A stretch of DNA of 64,000 nucleotides from Octopus bimaculoides (GCF_001194135.2 NC_068992.1:12387089-12451088), one strand, 5' to 3'; counted from the first letter of the stretch, positions 26,620-39,775 are shown. Program-made: numbers and translations. The notes: generated by a model from the sequence alone, not told the origin.

Positions 26620-28190
26620 TAACAGTAGGAATGGAGACGAGAAGAGTACGGCTCTTAAAATGTACATACTTTATAGGTACACTAAAGCCAAGGAATGGGA
26701 CTTCAATACGGAGAAAAAAATAAACCTTTATCTAAATGTGTTTTGAATGACAGCCGATTAATGTATGCCACATTCGCAAATCCATCACCGCGCAAAGGAT
26801 GTCAGATACGCCAATATAAATAGTAAAAGAGAAGATGTATCAAGAAAATACAACAAAGCAAGAAAGAAAAAACACCAAAAATAATTGTAAATCACGAGTA
26901 AGACAAATTATAAATGAAGATAGAAAAATCAAACCTTAATTTGTAAGATACTTACCGATGAACTCTAAACACGAAAGAACATAGGAATACAAATGATTAT
27001 GAGACATGTTAACATGTAGAAAATAATCAAGATTGGAATTTTGAATACGATGAAAATATTTAAAACTAGAATTATCTAAGAATTGAACATGAATAGAGGA
27101 TCTTTCTCTGGAACGAAGACGACTTCGTGAAAATAGATGCTTGCATTGATAACAGCAAAATCTATCAAAACCTGTCTACGCAGAAGCTAAAAGAGACTCG
27201 ATGAAATGTGAGAATTTCGTTTAAACCATTTGTATGCGAGTATCTAATTCCAAATAAACAACTTGGAAATCAAGCTTGTTACGAACGAAGCAATAAAAGA
27301 ACATATCTTTTCATCCTTATTGTAATCCAAAAGGAGAAGACACAAATCAAAAACTCGATATACAGATCCTAAATATATACAATATAGCAAAAACAGAATT
27401 ACCAAAATCAAAGAGTGCCTAAATTATTAGATTCCCTCTGTATTGCAAATAATCCCTCATTATGAAAAGTGACAACGATTCGTTGAACAAAACAAATAGT
27501 TGCATCTGAACTATTATCGGTTTTACCAAGAACTAGGTAAACGTATTAGAAAAATCAATGCCAAAGCAATAGCTAGAGTAGTTGCAGAATTTTAGGGAGG
27601 ATTATAGACAGAGAATAGATGACAACGACATGAATGTTCAAAGCAACTACAAAATCCGAACATTGGAAGAAGTAATAACAATACAACTAATATCCCAGAG
27701 CCTATTGGAAAGCAATCGGGAATGATCCAAAATTCCTGTTTGGAACAAGCTCGCAAATACTGCTTGCAAAAATATTTAATTTTTTATTGAAAGAGCCACA
27801 AACAATGCGTGAACGGCCTGTGAAGTTAAAACACTCTTAATCCTTAATATTATAAGAAGAATAAACCCTGAAACTGAAGGTCCTTAACGTACCTGCATAT
27901 ATTATTTAAATCGTTAACTGCAGTGATATTGCAGAGGACAAATGCTTATATGGAAAGAAAAACAAAAACAAAAATATCTCACTCAATTCCAGTGGAACAG
28001 AAAGGATTTTTCAAAGGCGCATCAAAGTGTTGTAATGATCAATTACTGATCAATAAAGCTATAACAGAAGACTAAAAGGAGAAATAGAGGTTTGAGAATA
28101 GCACAGATTGATTACTAGAAGGTTATTGATAGTGTTTCCTCTCATGGATTATGGAAACATTAGCTCAGAAACGGAGAAGCATTAATAACA
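26620..28190 (+). mobile_element. Degraded Dong/R4-like LINE (N-terminal region to RT motif 3)
   Basis: WRREEY near 26632, ILFKSLTAVILQR near 27900, and IPVEQKGFFKGASKCCNDQLLINKAI plus RIAQIDY*KVIDSV (27986-28135). These match the R4/Dong pattern LP.EQKG...G..GCKDQLLINK....AWIDY.KAFDSV. Confidence 0.8.
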
Positions 28191-28329
28191 AGCAAACGTA
28201 TAAAGTATGCTGACAATAAAAGGTAAATATACAAGACAAATATATTTTTGTCTAAATTATTCAGATAACAAATAATCTTTATCATATACAAATATTGTAC
28301 AACTAAGTATCTTCATTTCGGATTTTATA

Positions 28330-28370
28330 GATGCAGCGTTTCAGTCAGTGTACACACCAACCTTCTTCAG
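28330..28370 (-). ncRNA. Minimal type I hammerhead-like motif
   Basis: CUGAAGA-A-[GGUUGGUG UGUA CACUGACU]-GAAA-CGCUGCA-UC. Intact core and 8-bp stem II (with G.U pairs); stem III has one mismatch; stem I is poor. Confidence 0.45.
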
Positions 28371-28915
28371 GTAATAATGTTTTTGGTATTTTTCTTTTGT
28401 TAAAAAATTCGGACTGAAGTAGTACTTTATTTATTTATTTTTCTTCCATTGTCCATGACCTGGGTACTCTCCTTTCAGTTATCAAGTGATATTGTTTGCG
28501 AGCTCTGCTTGAACCTGCGTATATATTGTTTAACTGATGCAAAGATGAAATAGCATGGTCATGTGGGAACCTTTAACACAGAAATGATACTGAGGCGTGA
28601 AAAAAATCTAATGACATAAAAATATAAAATTTAATACTTATAATGTCCATTACATAATTGTTCTACAGCACAATAGGATAGTGAATATAAACATTGGTTG
28701 TGATCTTGATGAACGTGGTTAGAAAATGGCAAGATTTAAATCCCTAGGACAGTTAAAAGTTGCATAATTTGATGCAAGTGTGACGAGATAATATATCATA
28801 AGGTCGAGATTTTCTGATAGGAGAATATCGTTGGTAAATAGTATGGAATGAGAACAACTTACTCCAGTGAATTCAGTAAAAGTTCGGTTCGAAATAACGA
28901 TAGTATGATAGGTAC

Positions 28916-28993
28916 CTGAAGAAGTCCATTGTGTTCAATGAGCCAAATATTTTGACAATAACAACCAAGATGAGAACATTGTTCGAAATATTA
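28916..28993 (+). ncRNA. Two tandem degenerate minimal hammerhead-like motifs
   Basis: CTGAAGA-A-GTCCATTG TGTT CAATGAGC-CAAATATT, then AAGATGA-GAAC ATT GTTC-GAAATATTA. Confidence 0.4.
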
Positions 28994-29434
28994 CAAGTTG
29001 TAACAATAAACAAATAAATCATTGTAAAATTTATACCCAAAGACAGAAGTAGATGTATACAAAACAGTGAAATAGAGAAAATAACATGAATTTAAATCAT
29101 TACGTCTATGCTAACGTACTTAGTGTCGGGCAACGAACAAATATTGATGACTTGAAATTACGTTATTGTGTGAGAACGAATGTGAAGTATGCAAACGTCA
29201 TAAACCAGTGATAGAGAAATAATTGCATCAGTTTCAGAATTAATTTCGGTGAAATATAGAAGAAACATGAATATAGAAATATAGAAGAAACATGAATGCA
29301 ACGAAATATATTTCTCTCGGCACAACTCGGTCAATATGTATAGATTTTTGTAAACTGAAAGAAGCTGTGAACATTCTTTTTTCAGTAGTAAATGACACAA
29401 TTAAAGCAACTGAACTAATAACATAAAAATACAT

Positions 29435-29615
29435 AATTCTTTCTGTTATAGGCCGAAATTTGTAGAGTCGGGGAGGCAATTCGACCATATCGACTCCAGT
29501 GCGTAACTGGTTCTTATTTAATCGACCCGGAAATGATGAAAGGCAAAGTCGACCTCGGCGGAATTTGAACTCAGAACGAAGTGATGAACGAAATACCGAT
29601 TCTGCCAGCTCGCTA
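29435..29615 (-). mobile_element. SINE family A
   Basis: GATGAAAGGCAAAGTCGACCTCGGCGGAATTTGAACTCAGAACG...TTCTGCCAGCTCGC includes the reverse complement of the GCGAGCTGGCAGAA head. Confidence 0.88.
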
Positions 29616-30338
29616 TCTTGACTTAAAAATAAATAGTACAAATAGATGGCGAGACATGCGATGACGTATGGGAAAAGAAATAGACTCAGTTAAATGAAAT
29701 TTGCTTATTGTTGGAAAATGAAGAGAATAATTATAAGGTAAAGATTAAGGAATGTTGGGGAAAATATGAAATTATTTCGCTAGACCCATAGTTATAACAT
29801 GAAACAAAGAGAGGTTATTTAATTTCGTATGTTTAATTTCTGTCTACTAATTCCATATAGACATTTATTATATATATTGTGAAGATGTTGGAATGGAGCC
29901 GTTTACTTAGAAGTGATTGTCGACCTAGATCGAAGAAAGTATCACGAGAATATTTTGAGCACTTTATAAGACCTTGGCGGTGGAAATGCTCGCTGAGGAA
30001 CACTTTAAAAAGAAGACTATTAAACACGAAATGTGAAAGAATTCGACATCGATTGAAACGAATACAATGAATATACATGCATACACTCACGCATATACAC
30101 GCACACATATAGTCCGGAGGTATGAGAGGTGACTTTTTATGTATTTAACCACGTGATTTCCAGGGGATTATGGCGTTTCGTAACTCTCATGTGGTATGAA
30201 TTTCAGTATGGAAAAATTGTGTATATGTTTCCGTTAATAAATATACAGAGGCCGTAAGAGGCACTTTCTGACACACCCACACAATTATATGAATTAACAT
30301 ATTACACTGCCATCTGTATCTCCCACACACACACACTC

Positions 30339-30389
<51 letters not shown>

Positions 30390-30514
30390 TCCTCTCTCTC
30401 TATCTCTCTTTCTTTCTTTCTTTTTTTCTCTCTCTTTCTTTCTTTCTCTCTTTGAATCTATATCTAGAGAGATATATACATACATACATATATATATATA
30501 TATACATACGTATC

Positions 30515-31055
30515 AGACATCCAGTAAGCATCATGGTATTTAGAGTGATCACTAGTGATGGTGACGTTATCCCATACGGCCTTAGACTCACCACGGAGGC
30601 CTACACCAATTGCCTGGATGAGGTAGTGCTGCCTTGGGTGAAGAGGGCGAATGCTGGAAGACGCTCTGACGGACAACAAGACTCTTCACTATTCCATACA
30701 AGCAAGGGGACCCACTCATGGCTAAGAGACAATATCTACGACCGCATCACCCCTGATGTCTGGCTCCAAATTCCTCAGACTTTAACCACCTTGATTATTA
30801 TGTAAGAGACGCAGTCGACCAAGAGACCAACAAAACTCTTTGTAACACCAAAGATTAACTGAAGGCAAGGATTGTGGCAGCATTCACCAACTTAAACAAG
30901 GAGAAGCCAAAGGCGATTTTATTGAATAAATTTACTCTTTGGTATTTCAAGATATTTTTGTGTAATTTTGGTAAATATATCTATTAAAATGAGATGTCGG
31001 TGTTATTTTCATTTTTGCGTAATTTAGACGACAGTTTATTCAGCGTTCCGAGTAT
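30515..31055 (+). mobile_element. Tc1/mariner DD37D (maT) transposase 3' half plus right end
   Basis: HPVSIMVFRVITSDGDV...EVVLPWVKR...QQDSSLFHTSK...W(P)PNSSDFNHLDYYV. There are 37 residues between the second and third D once one frameshift is repaired. Confidence 0.85.
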
Positions 31056-31133
31056 ATACACACACACACACACACACACATACACACACACACACACATA
31101 CACACACACATACATATATGTATATCGGTATGT

Positions 31134-31173
<40 letters not shown>

Positions 31174-33219
31174 TAATAAAAAAAAAACAGGAGTCGTTAA
31201 TCAAAATAACAGTTTAAGAAATATATTCAAATTACGCAAAACACTGATTGAATAATATACGGCAGGATTATTGATTTTTATCTTATATTGGCATCAGCCT
31301 ACAAATTTCCGAAGAATGGATGTAGTTGTCTTGGTACTTAATTCATTGATACAAGGCTCCTAAGATACAAAATAAAGCCCAGCGGCATTTGATATATTTG
31401 AAATATAGAAAGTCGATAGTACACACAACCACACACTCACACACATATGTATATANNNNNNNNNNNNNNNNNNNNNNNNNNNNNNNNNNNNNNNNNNNNN
31501 NNNNNNNNNNNNNNNNNNNNNNNNNNNNNNNNNNNNNNNNNNNNNNNNNNNNNNNNNNNNNNNNNNNNNNNNNNNNNNNNNNNNNNNNNNNNNNNNNNNN
31601 NNNNNNNNNNNNNNNNNNNNNNNNNNNNNNNNNNNNNNNNNNNNNNNNNNNNNNNNNNNNNNNNNNNNNNNNNNNNNNNNNNNNNNNNNNNNNNNNNNNN
31701 NNNNNNNNNNNNNNNNNNNNNNNNNNNNNNNNNNNNNNNNNNNNNNNNNNNNNNNNNNNNNNNNNNNNNNNNNNNNNNNNNNNNNNNNNNNNNNNNNNNN
31801 NNNNNNNNNNNNNNNNNNNNNNNNNNNNNNNNNNNNNNNNNNNNNNNNNNNNNNNNNNNNNNNNNNNNNNNNNNNNNNNNNNNNNNNNNNNNNNNNNNNN
31901 NNNNNNNNNNNNNNNNNNNNNNNNNNNNNNNNNNNNNNNNNNNNNNNNNNNNNNNNNNNNNNNNNNNNNNNNNNNNNNNNNNNNNNNNNNNNNNNNNNNN
32001 NNNNNNNNNNNNNNNNNNGTGTGTGTGTGTGTTTGTGTTTACCTCGTCTTCTATCTAGGAAGTAGAACCTAAGTGGTTTTAGATTCTCTCACCCTCCTAG
32101 TCGTTCATTAGTTTTAACGAGACAAGTCTTTTGGACTTAGTGGCGTTGAATTAACTCGAACGAATTCTACTCTCTCCAATCCTTGTCTTTAACTCTATTT
32201 GCCGAGTATTAATTGGGAGTATTAATGCAGGTGAATAAGGACGAATATTTTTCATAGGAAAACCCCACATAATTCTAGATAGCTGGTGAAACAAATGCTT
32301 CGAATGCTACTGTTCCCGATTGTAAACTGTATATTGTGTTCCCTGAACATCAATGTCCTGAGATCAAAGATGGGTGGCAATATGCTTGATTCTGCTCTTT
32401 GCATATTATCCTAACTTTAGGATGTTTCCGAGTCATTTTAGTTCAGGAAATCTAAACGTACTTCACTGCCTTGTTTTTCTTTCGTTAGTACTCCATTTAT
32501 TATTGTAAGATTTTCCACAAATTTTTCATCGTGATTTGGTGTGTCAGGAGAACGATATAGTATGCATGTTAGAACATAAAGTTTGTTTATGTGAATTATA
32601 AGCGTATCGGAAACCGAGTTTCAATATGACAACAAGATTAAGAGATGAATATCTCCACGTATGAACATCGCAACTACCCCATCACTTCTTCCTTTTTCGT
32701 CTGAACAAAACACAGTATACTTAAATATGGTAACTCTCCATCATTGCCAGTTGCTGATAGATTTGTTTCGGTGGTTGTTATGCATAACGCTTGATCCCCT
32801 ACACAAAACCTCTGAAATACGAAATATCACAAAAAAAAAAACAGCTGTAAAGAACACATATGATATAACATCGAGACTCATCAACGAACGGTATGTTGTG
32901 AGCAGCATAAAAGAAAGTACAACCGCTGTCATGGAGGAAAATGAAAATAAACGTAAGCCACACGTGATTCTATCGTAAATAATAAATTCAAGATGGCTAC
33001 CATTGCGACTAAAATAAACATCACACTAAGTCTATTATAGAAGAGGCGTATACGGATATATTGAGGGGAAACGAATAAATGTAAGCTTATGTGCATATAT
33101 GCATATAAATATGTGTGTGTGTGTGTGTGTATTTGTACAGACATCGTATGCTCACACATATAAATCTGTAGGTGCCGCTACATACGTAAACATATATATC
33201 TTTCAGTATGCATAAATAA

Positions 33220-33355
33220 CGGAGTTCAATTTCCGCCAAGGTCGACTTTGGTATTCATCCTTTAGGGTCGATAATGTAAGTACCAGTCGACGAGTGGGTA
33301 TTCGACTTAACTTCTTCCTGGAAATAGCTGCCCTTGTGCCGAAATTTGAGACCAA
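33220..33355 (+). mobile_element. SINE family A (5'-truncated)
   Basis: GGAGTTCAATTTCCGCCAAGGTCGACTTTGGTATTCATCCTTTAGGGTCGATAA. Confidence 0.78.
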
Positions 33356-34098
33356 TATATATTTATAGAAACACACATATATCTGTAATATGTTAAAATA
33401 TAAACAATGCAAAGCGGTTATACACACGGAAACGCACACAAACACACTCACATGCACACAAACACACACAGAGACGCACACAAACGTGTGGTTATGTGTA
33501 TGTGTATATATATGTATGTGTGTGTGCATACATATGTATATATATATATGTATATAAATACATACATAATTCATATATATATATATATATGACATATACA
33601 CTCGTACAGTAGTACATCCACATGCGCGTATGCGTGAGCGTGTGTGTGTGTGTGTGTGTGTGCTTGCGAGCGTTGTGTGCACCGTTGTGTATGCTTTCTA
33701 AGACAGACACACTTGTATGCATCGGCATGTGCATGATACAATTCAAATTTGATACCGTAAGTATGTTGACCATGATCTGCAATTGGATAATAGTACAGAT
33801 GTCCAACCAAGTTAAAGCATGATGAGATGTGACAGGTGGCGCTCGTTGGTTGTATGTCTATGTAACTGTATACATCTTACATTGACGCAACAATGACGTG
33901 AACACGCTAGTTCTCGCGTGGCTTTAACTCCAGTTCCGCTGGCGCCAAGTTAGAAAATACGTTCCAACTTTTACTTTCAGTCTCTTGTAATCAAGACAGC
34001 AGGATTGGACTTCATCACAACTGCTGAGCAGATAGTACTTCATAGAAGAAATATCTTCTCTAATAGTTTCGCCTGTCGCTGCATCAAGAAAATCAATA

Positions 34099-34099
<1 letters not shown>

Positions 34100-34175
<76 letters not shown>

Positions 34176-34180
34176 CACTG

Positions 34181-34215
<35 letters not shown>
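34100..34215. repeat. (CTA)n microsatellite with internal (CCA)n block
   Basis: Read directly; explains the poly-Y/V/S ORFs. Confidence 0.97.
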
Positions 34216-34216
<1 letters not shown>

Positions 34217-34289
34217 TCCCCCTCTGGTATGTATACTAAGGCTACAAGAAAATTCTGTCTATATGTGTGTGTGTGTGTGTGTGTGTGTT

Positions 34290-34320
<31 letters not shown>

Positions 34321-36384
34321 TCGTGTGTGTGTGTGTGTGCAATCCCGACACGTTGCGGGCTTGAAATATAATGCCTTCTCCCTTAGTTTTTTGTAATCTT
34401 TCTTCTCTAGATATATTTGTTTGTAAATATATAAAAAATCTATATGTTCATACATGAATATTCAAGTCTATATTTTTCTTTCTCCCATTCAGTGATGGTC
34501 TCGCTGGGTGAAGTTTCGAAGTCATGTTCGATACTATTCTTGTTATGAAAGAACAANNNNNNNNNNNNNNNNNNNNNNNNNNNNNNNNNNNNNNNNNNNN
34601 NNNNNNNNNNNNNNNNNNNNNNNNNNNNNNNNNNNNNNNNNNNNNNNNNNNNNNNNNNNNNNNNNNNNNNNNNNNNNNNNNNNNNNNNNNNNNNNNNNNN
34701 NNNNNNNNNNNNNNNNNNNNNNNNNNNNNNNNNNNNNNNNNNNNNNNNNNNNNNNNNNNNNNNNNNNNNNNNNNNNNNNNNNNNNNNNNNNNNNNNNNNN
34801 NNNNNNNNNNNNNNNNNNNNNNNNNNNNNNNNNNNNNNNNNNNNNNNNNNNNNNNNNNNNNNNNNNNNNNNNNNNNNNNNNNNNNNNNNNNNNNNNNNNN
34901 NNNNNNNNNNNNNNNNNNNNNNNNNNNNNNNNNNNNNNNNNNNNNNNNNNNNNNNNNNNNNNNNNNNNNNNNNNNNNNNNNNNNNNNNNNNNNNNNNNNN
35001 NTATATATATATATATATATATATAAATAAACATACATATATATATATATTTATATTTATTTATTTATATTTATATACATATATATACATTCGAATTCTA
35101 GAATGTCTTTCCTACTATCCTCCAAAATGCATTTGGAATGAACTCTCTACGATCCGTTTAAAATCTGCGCAACATACGAGAGGGGAATTTTCATGAAATT
35201 ATATGCAGCGTTATTGAAAGTTAAGGAGAAACAAAACCGGAAAGCCCAATCGTACATCTATTTTAACGCCGAAATGTGCAGGATAAAGAAATATCTTACA
35301 CTATCTGATTCTCGGTGTCCAACGTTATTGTGAGGTTTCGCAGTTTATGGAATCTTTATGGACATAAAAGTTTTTATTCACGATCCAAGACCACAAAAGT
35401 ATTCTGAAGTTTTGTTGTCTGATATTGGTTGCAGAGAAATTTATTACGTCTAATGCTGCAAGCATAACTCTCACCTGCAACAGATGTGGGAATAAAGATT
35501 ATCAGAGATTTTTCCTAACCAGAAATACTGAAGATAGTGTAAGTCAAAATTCTGCACAGACATTAAAAACGAAGCAACTTTATAGCAGCTGATGTTTGCA
35601 GGGAATCATAAGTCATAGTTCTTGAAATGTCTGAAGCTATCGACACCTAGAATCCAAGAAGTGACTGGGAAGTTGAGTGCACCATACTCTAGCGAGAATT
35701 TAAAACTCTTATCTTGTGAGAGTGGAAAAAAGAGATTAAGAAACTTGGAAGTGAAAATAAAACCAAGAAACATGCAAGAAACTAAAAACAAAATTGACTA
35801 ACTTGTAGAAAAGTCGAACAAAAAAATGTAAAAATATTAAGCATTCACTAGATGTACCGCATAACATTGATATATCGTCAGACAATAAATGTTGGCATAA
35901 GAGTGCTTCCGAATGGAATGAAGGAAGTGGAATGGTAGAATGTTGATTTTGGACGAGATGGAATAAATTTTGTTGTACACTTGTCGAATAAATTGCAGAT
36001 AAAAACCATACGATAATTTTATGATCAATTATATGTGAAAATATTTAAAGGAAATATTCCTGCACTATTTCGAAACCAAAGTTGGTCAGAGAAACCAATT
36101 TAGAGAGCTGTTCTTTCGCAACGAAATTGGTAAATTTTCAACCGTACGTGTGTCTTGCAATCAGTCTGTTTTCTCCTTGAAGTGTTTTATTCCATTAATA
36201 ATTCTATGTTAATTAATATACAAAGTTGAAATGTCATGCATATAAACATTGCGTAAATCTTACTCGTTATTTTATAGTGTCCATCCAAACGATCTGTAAA
36301 ACCCTACGCAAAGCAGTCCATTGTATAAATGAAAGGATCTGAGAGACTGCTGAAACAAAATGCATTCTTCTTTTTATTATTATT

Positions 36385-36479
36385 ATCATCATAATTCATT
36401 ATCATGCTCATTATTATTAGTATTATAATTGCTGTAGTTGTTGTTTTTGTTGTTGATGATAATGATGATGATGATGATT

Positions 36480-36514
<35 letters not shown>

Positions 36515-36533
36515 ATGATGATGATGATGATGA

Positions 36534-36586
<53 letters not shown>

Positions 36587-36623
36587 GATGATGATGATGA
36601 TGATGATGATGATAATGATGATG

Positions 36624-36655
<32 letters not shown>

Positions 36656-36685
36656 CATGATCATGATCATGATGATGATGATGTA
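36385..36685. repeat. (GAT)n microsatellite with internal (GGT)n block
   Basis: Read directly; explains the poly-D/poly-I ORFs. Confidence 0.97.
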
Positions 36686-37372
36686 ACTGATTAAGTTCTC
36701 TTCTGTATTTTGTTATTTGGTTTCAACGTAATCTTGCCGTTTTGTTGTTTGTGGCCGATAATAAGGGTTGGGTATGCTGCACACGGAACGCTGAACACTC
36801 CACTTTCAACAGACGATAGCGATACACGCCATTAAACGTCGTATAATGTTTTAGAAAATTTAGTGTTTTGTCCTGGAGTGGTATTTTCTCTGGTAATAAG
36901 AAAAAATAATAAGATTAATAAATAGAGTATCAATAAAAATTAAAAAAAGGAAAAGTGAATATGAAATGGAGGGAGACGAGAATTAATGAAGAAAAATCAG
37001 AAGACGGAAATAAGAGAAATATAAAAGATTTATTTCAAATAATTCTTCTGGAAAAATACTTTTCTTACCAATTGGGATGAGCAATAAAACTGTTTCTAGG
37101 AAAAATAGATCCGTTCTTATGCTTGCGTTCTCTCTCAGTTTCTGGTTTGCCCATTTACATCTTTTACACACACAATACACACGAATACACAGATATGCAC
37201 ACATACTAATACATATTCGTATTTATATATGTATGCTTTCTGTGCGTGTGTGTGCATATGTGCTTCTCTGTGTGTATGTGCATATAAACGTGCGAGTCCA
37301 CACTCACAAACACAGGCGCAGGTACATACATACATACATAGAAAAAGACAAACTAAGACACACACACACACA

Positions 37373-37414
<42 letters not shown>

Positions 37415-37417
<3 letters not shown>

Positions 37418-37640
37418 CTTTTATCTCGTATCAGTCACTACACTGCGGCCATTCTGGGATATCAACTTGAAAGATTTTTAGTTCAATAAATCGACTGCAA
37501 TACTTTGCTTTTAAGCCTGGTACTCGTTCTATCGGACTTTTATTTTTTTTACCGAACTTCAATATCACGGAAACTTAAGCACATCAATACCAGCTCTCAA
37601 GTACTGGAGAGTCAAACACAAACACGAAGACACATACACA
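37415..37640 (-). mobile_element. SINE family B, 3' part
   Basis: TCAGTCACTACACTGCGGCCATTCTGG...AAGCCTGGTACTCGTTCTATCGG is homologous to 60170-60365. Confidence 0.7.
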
Positions 37641-38102
37641 CAAGCATATATATATTTGCATGTATNNNNNNNNNNNNNNNNNNNNNNNNNNNNNNNNNNN
37701 NNNNNNNNNNNNNNNNNNNNNNNNNNNNNNNNNNNNNNNNNNNNNNNNNNNNNNNNNNNNNNNNNNNNNNNNNNNNNNNNNNNNNNNNNNNNNNNNNNNN
37801 NNNNNNNNNNNNNNNNNNNNNNNNNNNNNNNNNNNNNNNNNNNNNNNNNNNNNNNNNNNNNNNNNNNNNNNNNNNNNNNNNNNNNNNNNNNNNNNNNNNN
37901 NNNNNNNNNNNNNNNNNNNNNNNNNNNNNNNNNNNNNNNNNNNNNNNNNNNNNNNNNNNNNNNNNNNNNNNNNNNNNNNNNNNNNNNNNNNNNNNNNNNN
38001 NNNNNNNNNNNNNNNNNNNNNNNNNNNNNNNNNNNNNNNNNNNNNNNNNNNNNNNNNNNNNNNNNNNNNNNNNNNNNNNNNNNNNNNNNNNNNNNNNNNN
38101 NN

Positions 38103-38134
<32 letters not shown>

Positions 38135-38136
<2 letters not shown>

Positions 38137-38555
38137 AGGCCAATTCTCTATTTTTTTAGGAGGAGATAGCCAATGCAAGACACACACCGGGCATTCCATT
38201 CATTTCCCAGCTCAAAGAGGCGAGCCCCGTTCTATGCTCTCCAAGCTTTCCTATCATTTATAAACTCTCTTGCCTCTTTCACTCCAACACCACTAACCAC
38301 CAAATCTTCCCTCGTTACATCCATCCATAGAAACCGAGATCTGCCCCTGTTTCTGCTGCCTACCACTTCTGCCTTCATCACCTTCCTTACCATCCGATCC
38401 TCATCCATCCTCTCCATGTAGCCAAACCACCTCAACATTCGTCTATTCATTTTGGTTGTTAGTTTTTTCTCAATCCTGCTCGCCTTCGCACTTCCTCATT
38501 CCTCATCCTGTCTATCCGTGTCATGCCAACCATAGACCTCAAACATCTCATCTCA
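38135..38555 (-). mobile_element. RTE-clade LINE 3' end
   Basis: EMRCLRSMVGMTRIDRMRNEEVRR and RRMLRWFGYMERMDEDRMVRKVMKAEVVGSRNRGRSRFLWMD match the RTE C-terminal pattern (LRWFGHV.RM...R...GRP...W.D). Stop at 38232, then a UTR and (TA)n. Confidence 0.87.
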
Positions 38556-38556
38556 C

Positions 38557-38603
<47 letters not shown>

Positions 38604-38656
38604 NNNNNNNNNNNNNNNNNNNNNNNNNNNNNNNNNNNNNNNNNNNNNNNNNNNNN

Positions 38657-38684
<28 letters not shown>

Positions 38685-38691
<7 letters not shown>

Positions 38692-38835
38692 AGGGATTTT
38701 TTCAATTTCTGACGACAAAACCCACTGACAAGGCTTTACTCAGATCGAGGCTGTAACAGAAGACAGCTACCTAATATGCCACGTAGTGGAACCGAACCTG
38801 AAGTCTGGTTTCATGCCAAACAACTGATGTTAAAC
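38685..38835 (-). mobile_element. SINE family B, 5' part (diverged)
   Basis: CACTGACAAGGCTTT...CGAGGCTGTAACAGAAGACAG...GCCACGTAGTGGAACCGAACC is homologous to 60530-60690. Confidence 0.7.
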
Positions 38836-39529
38836 GTAGCATGGATCTGGCTCTCGACTGGGTCAATTTGGATTATAAAATATGTGCCAGTTAAATATTG
38901 TGTTCAATGTAATCAATTTGTACGCCCTAGAAAAATTCTTTATTTTTTACCAAGCTTAAAATGTATCATTAAAAAATATCATTACATGTTTAACAAGTTT
39001 TAATCAGAAACGGTTTACCATATGAAAATATACTTTATTGATACGGTTGGTATAAAAGTTGCCATGTATTTTGAAAATCATTGAACTCACAACGCAGGGA
39101 GACGTAACGAAACGCCATTAAGAATTTTGTAACACACTAACAATTACAATGTTTTTCGATGTATATTTACCATGATAATAACTAAAATTCTTTAATTGAA
39201 AATTAGTGATATATCATACAACGTTCTGATAAATGAAACTAAACTATGCAAATTTCTAATTACTATTGCTAATCAGACAATATTTATGTGGTTATAAAGT
39301 AAATTAAATTATGTTTTTAATTTCGTGTTTGTTGCGTAAATTTACTAAGTTCTGTAAGTGAAGAACGTTTTCATTATATATATGATAATCAGAACATTAC
39401 TTCCAAGTTACACACACACACACACATACACACACACATACACACACACACACACACACTTGTATATGTGCACGCTCATAGATTCATATTGACTCATACA
39501 AGTATACATACCTAGATACGTGTATCTAG

Positions 39530-39578
<49 letters not shown>

Positions 39579-39775
39579 GAGATGGAGAGAGTGTATGTGT
39601 GTGTTTTGTATTCATAATTAGAGTGTGCAAGAGTGAAGCACATATCAATCAGTGTGCATTAGAGTTTCAATAATTAATATGTAGGTGTGAATAGGAATGT
39701 TTTCTTCTGATTCAACGTATTTGTTGCTGAAGTAAGTAAAATTTCAATTAAAGTATTATTAGTATTTGTTATGTA

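Noticed and set aside
29251-29297. Short local duplications (also at 17040-17095 and 49558-49599)
   Set aside because: They are ordinary slippage duplications with no further structure.
32040-32480. Possible minus-strand Tx1 endonuclease remnants
   Set aside because: Only vague 3-4 residue resemblances, which is insufficient.
33975-34078. Minus-strand candidate exon (TGETIREDISSMKYYLL...) and overlapping GTGATGA-AGTC..GACT-GAAAG hammerhead echo
   Set aside because: No recognised protein. The hammerhead reading lacks C3, stem III and NUH.
35230-36100. Possible Tc1-like transposase remnants
   Set aside because: No catalytic motif could be read convincingly in any frame.
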